DNA of 36,756 nt from Asterionella formosa (lineage: Eukaryota). Positions within the stretch are counted from its first letter, which is position 1, and every line of letters begins with the position of its first letter. The notes under the pieces were generated by a model. It saw only the letters and a list, made by a program, of their open reading frames with translations. It did not search any database and had not been told where the DNA came from. The translations under genes and the position numbers were made by a program. The stretch is from the NCBI GenBank assembly GCA_002256025.1, contig NKIB01015287.1, forward strand, positions 1 to 36,756. Reading direction: 5' to 3'. Positions 10,705 to 20,289 of the stretch are shown in pieces.

Positions 10705-10945
10705 ACATCGAATATTGCATCGATTACCCGGTATTGGCTATACATGACATCAAAATATAGATCTCTAACTACATACCGGTACTATCGGTTCTAAATTTCT
10801 ATTTAGAGCCACAGGACACGGATCTACTCTCACCCCTTCCAGAGTACCGGGGTACCCCTGGTACCGTGCGTTGCTTTTGGTACCAGGTACCTGGTACCAG
10901 GGTACCTGCTACGACTGCGAGTAGAAAATAGCCTCCGAGCATCCA

Positions 10946-11019
10946 CCAGAGCAAGTTTTAGCTCTTTTTATCCCAGAATTAATTGTTGTTCAAGCAAAAT
11001 GACCGCAACTTGCTACCGG
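10946..11019. mobile_element. Internally deleted MITE, family M1 copy 3
   Basis: Left end CCAGAGCAAGTT is joined directly to TTAGCTCTTTTTATCCCAG...AGCAAAATGACCGCAACTTGC, matching the right two-thirds of the other M1 copies. Confidence 0.7.
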
Positions 11020-11326
11020 TAAGAGATATCACGAGGAGGAGCAAGAATGAGTTCTGGCTGTGATCATGATGTATTGCTCTGAGGATAGCACCACAACAAA
11101 TCTTATTACTTCGTAATTCTCTACCTGATATACCTTCGTCAGCTTCATATATTATACTAGTCTACTGAAAGGACAAAAAGAGTTGGAGATCGAGCTAATA
11201 AATAGTCTACGACGCAGAGGGGCAGTTAGCAATCAGTAATAACACGTCACTCGCACAACTGGCTTTTGTGGAACGATAGTAGTTGTTGTTTACCTTGCTA
11301 CTATTCAACAAGTCACCTACTCTATC

Positions 11327-12862
11327 ATGACGATGTCATCTCTCGGGTCCTTGTCCTTCAGGCGACTGGTAAATGCGCTCAAGAAGACAAAAAAAACATG
11401 CACGATAGTGGAACAATGTTGCGGTGGGCTGATCAACGCTTCCCTCATGGCTCAACCAGGTGCTTCTTCGGTATTCCTTGGAGGGTCTGTTGCGTACAAC
11501 ACCAAAAAGGCCAAGAAGCTATTGTTGGATGACGACGAATTGTATGCTTCCCTCGTTGAACCTTTGACCGCATCGTCAGCATCAGCAACTGATCGGTACA
11601 TTGAGTCGAAGCTCGACTGGACTGCCAAAACGTCGGTGGCCTTTTGCAAAGCTCTCGATACAGATTATGCCATTGCAGAAGGTGGTGCTGCTGGTCCCAC
11701 ATTTAGACCAGAAGGAATGGAGACGGGATTTGCTGTACTAGCGGTAGCTGGACGAGGTACTGATGGAGTTGTCAAGCTGCTTCGACAAGTGGTGATTCGG
11801 TCCACCCATGCTGATCGTGAACGTAATATGAGGCTTTTTGCTGATTCTGCTGCAGATATGGCAACCGAAGTTGTGACTGGTTCCAAGATACAACAAGAAG
11901 CATTGTATGAACCAGCAAAAGCCTTATACTTAGATCGTGCAACGCATTTACGGACAAATGCAGAAGTTCTCGCGGCGCTAGAAGAAGGGGCAAATTATGT
12001 GATACTTAAAGGCACGCAAATTCTCGTTCGCTCCACGACGCAACTCGCACTTCTTGTTCACAAAGAATTGCTACCGATCGGTGGTACACAAAGAAAGACC
12101 TTTCTTGGCATGTTATCAGGGGAGGGAAAGCAGACGCCGGTCTTTGGGGTTGATCTATTGGAGGGAGTCGACGAGGCTGCGTTGCCTCCACATTCATCGT
12201 TTGTTGACACACGCACAACCGCCCCTCTTTTTCCTTCTATTGAGAATGAACTAGCTCTCCATGCTACAGCGTTGGCTCAATGGCAAAGGCGGACATCCTT
12301 TTGCACCCTTTGTGGAAGCCCCACTACCTTTGTCGATGGAGGAACGTGTTGTCGCTGTACAGGTTGTAAAAATCTAAGTTGGCCGCGACAAGATCCTAGT
12401 ATGATTGCAGTCATTTCTTCCCGAGACGGTCAACGAGTCCTTCTTGCACACTCCACGCGGCATCCACCAAAGTTCCACACTGTTCTTGCTGGTTTCGTTG
12501 AAGCAGGAGAGACTTTTGAGGCCGCGGTAGCGCGTGAAGCGTTTGAAGAAACTGGGATTCGGATTGATGAGGGATCTGTCAAGTATGTCGGATCCCAGCC
12601 ATGGCCATTTCCGCAAAGCTGTATGATTGGGTTTACTGCGACCTCTGACGATACCGTCCCACTTAATGTTGACACTAACGAACTCGTCAGTGCTCGCTGG
12701 TTTAAAAAGTCAGATGTTGCCTTGGCTGCAACTGTAGAAGGTGCCACAATGCAGCTGCCAGTGGCAGAGGCTGCCCTCAAAAATGATCCTACCCTTCCAC
12801 TTCTTATCCCACCCAAAGGCGTGATTGCAAGGAAATTAATCGATAAATGGCTCGTTGATTGA
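11327..12862 (+). CDS. Fusion of a CinA C-terminal/PncC-like domain with a NudC-type NADH pyrophosphatase
   Basis: N-terminal half: VEQCCGGLINASL..PGASSVFLGGSVAYN..K and GAAGP (CinA/PncC pattern). C-terminal half: zinc ribbon CTLCG...CTGC, WPRQDP, Nudix box GFVEAGETFEAAVAREAFEETG and the NudC signature SQPWPFPQS. Confidence 0.9.
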   Translation: MTMSSLGSLSFRRLVNALKKTKKTCTIVEQCCGGLINASLMAQPGASSVFLGGSVAYNTKKAKKLLLDDDELYASLVEPLTASSASATDRYIESKLDWTAKTSVAFCKALDTDYAIAEGGAAGPTFRPEGMETGFAVLAVAGRGTDGVVKLLRQVVIRSTHADRERNMRLFADSAADMATEVVTGSKIQQEALYEPAKALYLDRATHLRTNAEVLAALEEGANYVILKGTQILVRSTTQLALLVHKELLPIGGTQRKTFLGMLSGEGKQTPVFGVDLLEGVDEAALPPHSSFVDTRTTAPLFPSIENELALHATALAQWQRRTSFCTLCGSPTTFVDGGTCCRCTGCKNLSWPRQDPSMIAVISSRDGQRVLLAHSTRHPPKFHTVLAGFVEAGETFEAAVAREAFEETGIRIDEGSVKYVGSQPWPFPQSCMIGFTATSDDTVPLNVDTNELVSARWFKKSDVALAATVEGATMQLPVAEAALKNDPTLPLLIPPKGVIARKLIDKWLVD

Positions 12863-13166
12863 CAGTTGCAGCATTCAAGAGAATAGAAGTGATTCAACAA
12901 AAGAGCGCCAACATTCTGTCGTCGCCAATGTCAAATCTATTCGCGAATACTCCTTACTCGCTCTGCACTCTCAATAACTGATTTGATAATTCAAAAAAGA
13001 TACCATGGTTTGAACATTAAGCTGAACCTAGCTGATGTCAGAATGAAAATAGGGTGTAGAGTCTTTCAACTCCGTATGCATGTTCGATTACAAATGGCGA
13101 TTCACCGGCACTGTGAATTACGCAGTCGAAGAAAATAGTACACCGCGCTATCCGTAACTCCCCTTT

Positions 13167-15254
13167 CTATTTCTTTGCATTGGCTTCTTCCTCTTCTTGT
13201 TCGACTGTCTTCTCGGCTAAAATGCCCTCTGTATCGTAGGCTTGATTTAGAAATGACTTGCCAGTATTGAATTTGAACAGCTCTTCACGAGGGTCCTTTC
13301 CAGCGATCACTTTGTTTTGATTGATACTCGAGTTGGCCACGAATTGTTGCAAGGTCACCGCTGCACCAGATTGACTGCCGATTTTATACTTTCCACTTGC
13401 AGGAGCTTGAGGGGCTCGGCTTTTGTTAGTTTCCTCGTCGTCCTTTCTTTTTCTCTTGTGCCCTCCAGGTTGATACAGTGGAGTGATAATCTCGCCAGAT
13501 ATACCAGCAGAACCAGTTGGAGCTCGAGAGTTTAACAGCGCGGATAGACTATCTTGGGCTTTACCAGCCTTGGCAGAAGAGATCAATGCTCCTTTTTTGC
13601 TGAATTTCTCATCAAAATAAACAGCTGCGCTCCCATCTGAGCAGCAGAGAAAAATCTGGTTGATTTTGGGGTGCCATTGAACAAGTATAACTCCAGCGCT
13701 CATATCAAACTCCATGAAGGACGAAACTGGCTGGTTTGATTGAGCTTCCGGAAGTTTGTAGACTTTGAGAGATCCCTTCTCTCGTTTTGTCCCATTGTCG
13801 TCTTTGATATATTCCGATGTCCCGGCAATAAGAAAGTTACCATCTGGACTGAAATCACAGTTCGCTCGCTCGTGCTCATTTGGAAGCTCTTCGAGAGTGC
13901 AAATCGGTTTGCTGGATGGCTTTATTTTCTTGGCATTCCAAACTTTGACGATACTTGAATCCGAGCTCCGAGCTGCAAGTATTGATCCATCAAAATTGTA
14001 CACCAATGAAGTAATGGGGCCCATTTTATCATAGACGACCCGTTCAGGCCTTCCTCCTACTCGCGCTGTGCTCCAAATTTGAATAGATCCACATGCTGTC
14101 CCTAGCGCGAATTCACGACCACTTGGGTGGTATACTGCTGAAGTTACTCCCGTTCTCTGTCCTCGTTCATTCTTAGCCCGATAAACCTTGTCACAGACAA
14201 GCTTGTGAAATTGAGTCTTCCCATTAAGATTCCACAAACGTGCACTCCCGTCAGTGGAGCACGTGAGAACCATATCCCGTTCCAGTGGATTCCAACAAAC
14301 ACCTGTAACACTAGCAGTATGACCTGTAGTTCGTGCCATATCGGTTACATACATGTCGCCTCTTATAAATTCAACTATCAGCTCCCCATCTCTGCCTAGA
14401 ATTCTTGGTGCAACAGATCCTGTGCCGACAATCAGCCTATCGCCAGTGTTGCTGAAGGCGACATCGACGACATTGTAGCCTTCTTCTACATCCAATACTT
14501 TGAAAGGCGCTTGCCGGTGTTGATCCAGACTGGAGAAGTCAAAAAGGGATAAATGTTTTCCACCGAGGGCAAATCGTGCTCCTGACGGATCGACGGCCAG
14601 TGAAGTGTATGTCACCTTGTCGTTGTTTTGCTGCGGGATATCAAAACGATCTGTCAAAGGAAGCTTATATTTTTGAGCTATAGTGGTCTCAATATTTTTG
14701 GGAATAACTGGCGTTTCTATTGGGGCTTGATAAACCTGATACGTAGGCGTGTCGTCCAATGTAGCCATCATTTGCATTATTTCTGCCTCACGCTTGGCAC
14801 GCCCAGAGAGTCCAGCGAGAGGATCTGGTCGTTTTGGTGATTCTTTTGTTATATATTTAGCGGTATCATGCACCGGTTCAGACGGTGGTAGAAGTACTTT
14901 ATATTCCACCGTAAAAACGGAATCCTTGACTTGACCAAAAACAATAGTATCGCCGTCTTTCAATGGATGAGCCCCATTCACGCGTTCTCCGTTAACGTAT
15001 GTACCATGCTTTCCCCCCAGATCTTTTAAAATCAATTGATTTTTATCGTAATAAATAACTGTGTGTTTCCTGGAAATGCTCCCATGCTGAATGCGAATAT
15101 CAGCTGTGACTGCTTGTCGACCCACAATGAGATATTTTGTGGACGATTTCAACGACGTGTTTGGAGATATTTCAATTCTAGCTCCACTACTGGTTATCAA
15201 TATTGCACCTCCTGATAGACTGGCGCTTGGAGGAAGGTCAAAGTCGTTCGACAT
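13167..15254 (-). CDS. WDR70: FHA domain + WD40-repeat protein of the WDR70/GAD-1 family
   Basis: FHA motifs VGR, SISRKH and DLGGKHGTYVNG. WDR70 hallmarks RGDMYVTDMARTTGH and C-terminal DPREEL, plus several WD repeats. Intronless, 695 aa. Confidence 0.85.
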   Translation of the reverse strand: MSNDFDLPPSASLSGGAILITSSGARIEISPNTSLKSSTKYLIVGRQAVTADIRIQHGSISRKHTVIYYDKNQLILKDLGGKHGTYVNGERVNGAHPLKDGDTIVFGQVKDSVFTVEYKVLLPPSEPVHDTAKYITKESPKRPDPLAGLSGRAKREAEIMQMMATLDDTPTYQVYQAPIETPVIPKNIETTIAQKYKLPLTDRFDIPQQNNDKVTYTSLAVDPSGARFALGGKHLSLFDFSSLDQHRQAPFKVLDVEEGYNVVDVAFSNTGDRLIVGTGSVAPRILGRDGELIVEFIRGDMYVTDMARTTGHTASVTGVCWNPLERDMVLTCSTDGSARLWNLNGKTQFHKLVCDKVYRAKNERGQRTGVTSAVYHPSGREFALGTACGSIQIWSTARVGGRPERVVYDKMGPITSLVYNFDGSILAARSSDSSIVKVWNAKKIKPSSKPICTLEELPNEHERANCDFSPDGNFLIAGTSEYIKDDNGTKREKGSLKVYKLPEAQSNQPVSSFMEFDMSAGVILVQWHPKINQIFLCCSDGSAAVYFDEKFSKKGALISSAKAGKAQDSLSALLNSRAPTGSAGISGEIITPLYQPGGHKRKRKDDEETNKSRAPQAPASGKYKIGSQSGAAVTLQQFVANSSINQNKVIAGKDPREELFKFNTGKSFLNQAYDTEGILAEKTVEQEEEEANAKK

Positions 15255-15763
15255 GGCATTAGTAAGGCCTTAGACTTGCGGCGTCCTGGAGATGTAACCA
15301 ACATGACGTATGGACGTTGTAAGATGCAATGATTTGCGAGCGGCTGATGAAATAAATTCAAAATATTGAGCTATATATATGTTTATATGATGTATACAGG
15401 AGGAGTCTGGGCTGGCTCTACGTATAGAATATCCGGTACATCAACATTCCTCTAATAAATATATAGGCTAAATTCGTATCACATGCATTTCTATTACACG
15501 CTGCTTTATGAACGTGCACAATACCTGTAATCAATTTATGATTTAGTAAAAAACCAACCACGAAACGACAGCAGGAAACACACAATTTGTAGTAAATTTG
15601 CCCAGGACTATTTGGACACTGCGGATATTCACGTCTGGTTCTCCAATACTTAGATAAATATGCTGGCCAGCTCGGACAATGGTCCCCTTTTACTTGTGGC
15701 ATTACCCTTTAGCATACCAGTACTTTCCCCCTGTAACTAAATTTGCTTGGTTGGAACTATTAA

Positions 15764-17241
15764 GAGTGAAACTCATTCCCCCAATCCAGAAGAACCCCCC
15801 CCCCCGCCCTGCAAACCCCTTTTGAGGGGGGGGAGTGTGAGCGACTTCATAACCTCCACAATTGTTGAGTTCTTTAGCAATAACAAACAATAAGATTTAA
15901 ATCATATTGTACATGGATGTGATAAACTAGAACATATATGTAAGTGAATGCTACTGGAACATTTTTACCAGTATCTGTATGACAATGCATGATGATCCCC
16001 CGCCTATTGAAAACATTTAAATCATTAGTTATAATCAAATATGTTTAAGCTAATGATGTTGCAATCAACAAGGGCTATTCGATGATATATGATGGTTGTG
16101 TACAAACAATGCAGGTTTTGATCCTGCAATATACTATCATGGAGAAATTGTCAATGTGGTCGAGCACCATGTTGCTTGGAGTACCAGCAATTTGCGGTCA
16201 TTTTGCAGAAACTGAACCACTGCACAGCCAGGCTCTCAAATTCAAATCATACTACAGTAATATTACATTAACATTTAGAAATTTCTAACAGTATGGCATT
16301 GGTCCATTAATTTCAATTTCATTTAAAAAAAATTAAATGATGGTTTTCTGAAAAAACCAGTTTTGTGACCCTTGCTACTGTGATTGGTGGGTTTTGGATT
16401 CCTGGGGAGGGGAAGTGAATTGAGGTTTTTTCGATTGGGTTGTTTTGGATTTCAAAATGATACTCGACCACAGCAACAATATCTCCATCGTTTATTGCTG
16501 GATCGAAACCCGAATTGTGCCTACAGAACCGTCTTACATCAAGCAGCCATAACTACAACAACACTTTTAGCTAGCTGAAAATAACAATTGATGTATGTTT
16601 TATTGATTATCTGTTTACAATAGGTATGTCATATCATCATTGTCATGATCACGTTACTACATTACTACTACTGGTACGGGTAAACACTTTCCAAGTACCA
16701 CATGAATACATAGTACACATAATAATATTGTATCAGCCAGTTCACCAGTATACATCATAGTAAATGTCGATTCAGCAATATAGAGACTACATATATTCTA
16801 CTTCGATATATATATACTAGTAAAAAGATATTTCGTCCCTTCTTTTTGATAAACAACCACACTTAAACCCTATCGTCGCTAGCCTAGTACATAGCCTTCA
16901 TACATCACAAAACACAATGATGTGCGTGAGTTTGTGTAGCAGCCATCAAACCAGTGTCATCAAGCCAATTGAGATTCGTATGGTGAGAGTTTTTTATGGG
17001 CTTATATGAAGGCTATGTATGTAGGCTACGAAAGTAGGGTTTAAAGGGTTTACTAAAAAGAGGGGACGAAATATCGAAATCGTGGGTTTCTTTTTTCTTG
17101 TGTATATAAATATTCTTTATTGCATAACATGAGTACAACACTCATTGGCTGTTCGTAAAAAAATTTATCTGTACCTTTGAGTCAACCCCAACAGGATCTT
17201 ACTCTCTGAATTTTTTTTGATTGGGGAAATGAGTTTCACCT
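15764..17241. mobile_element. ~1.48-kb non-autonomous TIR element, possibly PIF/Harbinger-like
   Basis: Left end GAGTGAAACTCATTCCCCCAATC versus reverse-complemented right end AGGTGAAACTCATTTCCCCAATC (20/23). TAA (within TTAA) lies on both flanks. No long internal ORF. Confidence 0.7.
16827..17075. repeat. ~250-bp foldback/hairpin (MITE-like) nested in the TIR element
   Basis: Paired arms GATATTTCGTCCC / GGGACGAAATATC, TTAAACCCTA / TAGGGTTTAA, TAGCCTA / TAGGCTA and TACATAGCCTTCATA / TATGAAGGCTATGTA. Confidence 0.8.
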
Positions 17242-17382
17242 TAAAGTAGCTCGAGCCTAATCGAAATCAAGTAGAAAAGTATTCAAAATTACAGTGTAGA
17301 AGTGGTACTGGTTGCAATACATTGCGGTAAATATCCTTACGCACTACCAGCAGTTGGTTGCTTCGTCATGTACCACCAAGTA

Positions 17383-17456
17383 CTGAAAGGTCCGGTGGCA
17401 CACGTTTTATGCTAACCTTTTCAGATTCGACGCACTCCCAATGAGTGTTCTGCATG
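17383..17456 (+). mobile_element. Solo left-TIR fragment of element family T1
   Basis: GGTCCGGTGGCACACGTTTTATGCTAACCTTTTCAGATTCGACGCACTCCCAATGA matches the left TIRs at 25234 and 32498. Confidence 0.7.
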
Positions 17457-20289
17457 AACTCGTATTCAACAACAAGGAAGAGAGAACAGGTATGTGCTTG
17501 TTGATTGTTGTTGTCATGTTTGACTTCCCGCCATGGTTGTGCATGCTAACTTTTTTAGTACATAGTATCTCTTTCTCTTCAGAGCGTTAATGAAGGCACC
17601 TTTCATGTTACTCCTCCACTTCCTGACAGTGCCAATAAATGACCTTCCACTAGTCGAACCCTTGTCCAATGAGGTGAAGTATATTGCCAGTTGATTGTTA
17701 TTGTTTTTCACAAGGTATAAAATACACGCACTGACATTATTTGTTTCCGTTTCTTGCTTCCCAATGCTATCAAAACCACTTAATTCGAAACTCGCACAAA
17801 GATTGTAAAGTCTTCAGGATGCCAACAATTTCGGCATCATATCTTGCCAGCAGCAACAAAATATCACTCCATTGCTCCCTGTCATCCTACTCAAACTTGT
17901 CCTCCTAAAGTTACAAAGACACAAAAGCCCATATCAGCCATTAAATTTTGCCAAAGGTCCGATATTGCCCATCATTAAAAAATATTTTGTATATTTCATA
18001 TGTTCGCATTTTGGCAAGACAACAGACGCCAATTTCCCCTCGGTTTTCCAGCCCTGGGATTGACGAAATCGGCAAGGGGTCTACTTAAGGAAACCATTTT
18101 ATATACTATACAGATTCTAGTAATTTATATCTAGAATTCACCTCGTTTTTGTTCGTCTCCTGAAAATTGGACTCCGGCAATTCACCTTTCACCATGCCAA
18201 TCGTCGTACATCATGACCGGTTTGAAGCGAAATCAGTTCCGCGATGACGCCAGTAGCGATTCTTTGCCTAATGGATGTGGTTGATTGTTGCATCGCTTGT
18301 CTTCTCGAGGCATTCATGTAGTCGCATCGTCCATTTTTCGCGGACGAACGATGATATCGATACATCTGATGTTGGTGGCAAGTTTTTGCTCCGGTCATGT
18401 ATGTAAGCAATGATGCTAAACGGATATTCTACCAGTTACCTGCAGTCATCTAGTCTACATACTTACGTGGTACTGAAAACAACCATGCATGGTTTAAGCT
18501 ATGCTTTAATGCTTACTTTGAACACGTTATAATATTATCTCTGTAGACTCGGTATTATTTTTACGAGACCTGAAATGTTGAATTATATCGTTCACATACT
18601 ATTCATTGATTTTACGTACCAGGGTACCGTATGCCCGATTTCGTCCTCACAAATATAGTTCTCACTCTATCTTGCCTGCCTTTGCTCTATTCGGGCTTGC
18701 AATAGGCAACGTTCGTCTTTCTTTGATCCCATCGTCTGCTGCTTGTTATGCTAGTTGAAGCGGATCGGTAAGTACAACAGTGAAACACTGAATGTGGATT
18801 GTAGATCGTATTTATCGGGCCGACTTTCCGATTTGATTGCTTCCGTGGTTTGTGTTGATCGCTTCCATCGTTGTTTGTCGTTACGCACTGTCGTTTTGTT
18901 TCGATTGCACATATCTACATAAGAACCAATGCATTTATCAATGACTACTCATTGAAGATGTGGTAATGTGCCATTGTTGATCGTATTTGTTGATTTGTAT
19001 AGTCGTAATGATCTCTGAATTGCCACCAAGCAATGCTTTTCTTGTACTAACGCGCTCTGCTACAATTCTACTACGAGTTCGTATCAGAAGCTACATGAAT
19101 ACTCAGCTAGAGAGAGTCAATAGTGCTGGAGCAGCGTGGCGATCATGCTTGCTCAGAATGGAATGATCAGGGTTGCCTGTTTGGTGGTGGGCAGAGAGGA
19201 ATGACTGTGGCGGAAATACTGCTACTGGTGTCAGGTTGCTACAGCGATGCGCATGGTTGCAGCAACTAGACCATTTATGCTACATAACGATGCAGGTCTA
19301 CATTGGGTTCAGCTTTTTTTCTTCTTCTTTCGGTCTTCGATTGTATATGGTGATGGAAAGTCAATGTTGCTTGCCTGTGTAAGTACTACAATGATTCACA
19401 ATGCATACGTCTCCATTGGAACTCTTTTTTTTTGTTTCATTTCTAGCCCAAAACAATTTTTCTATTTCTCATTTGATGCTACTTGTTAAATCGCATTTCA
19501 TACTTTGGTTGCTCCAAACATCATGTTCAATTTTCATTGATGTTGCATTGTTTCATTCTTGTGTGTTTTACGCTTGTTGTACCATCTCTATGCATATTAC
19601 CGATATTCTGGTTGTCATGCTAAAATCGGCAATTTTATTGCTGAAAAATTCGATGTGCCCCATATTGCCCTTAAATAAAAATTACTTAAGAAATTACTTA
19701 AAGGCTTAAAATTACTTAGAAGTACCCGAATGGCAAGACGATAGCTGGAGCGGGAATTGCTGATAGAGTGGTACCAGGTACCCGTATGTATTTATAGTAG
19801 GCTGCTGCCTCTTGTTTTGGCGGCGCGCAGGCACATGGTTTGACACAGCAACAACACCTCCGTGAATCTTGGACTGGAGAATTCAAGGATACTCCCAAGA
19901 TAGGTTTTGTGAGCATTGTCCGTATAGAAATCTTTTGAAAATCTAGATTCGTGGCCTCCAGCAGAGTGCTTTTCAGCTCGCACGGAACAGATAAGCTTAC
20001 AACGGCAATGCCTGTGTCCTGTTGTCTCCTTGTCGTTCGCTTCAATCTTATAATCGGTACCAGGTACAGTGTATGCACTACCGGTGAATAGTGTTGAGCA
20101 TCGAAACACAAAGACAAACCAACTTGGCTGCACATCAATCAAACCGGCTCTCCCTCCATCTGCATCACCGAGCGAACCAATAAAACAAAATACAGGTATA
20201 GTCTGTATTGTCTTCCAGTATCATTGTCTGATTGAGTGCAGGTTAAGGGTTCGACTATAAATACCTGCAGTCTATACAGACATACTAAT

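Noticed and set aside
9013..12862. Bacterial contamination or an operon
   Set aside because: The genes are separated by long spacers carrying host-specific MITEs and TA-CCWGG-TA motifs found throughout the window, and they are flanked by eukaryotic genes.
18600..19730. Possible decayed spliced gene or TIR element
   Set aside because: Splice-like signals and a CxxC fragment are present, but all frames are broken and no family is recognisable. The candidate ends (about 18076 and 19727) match too weakly.
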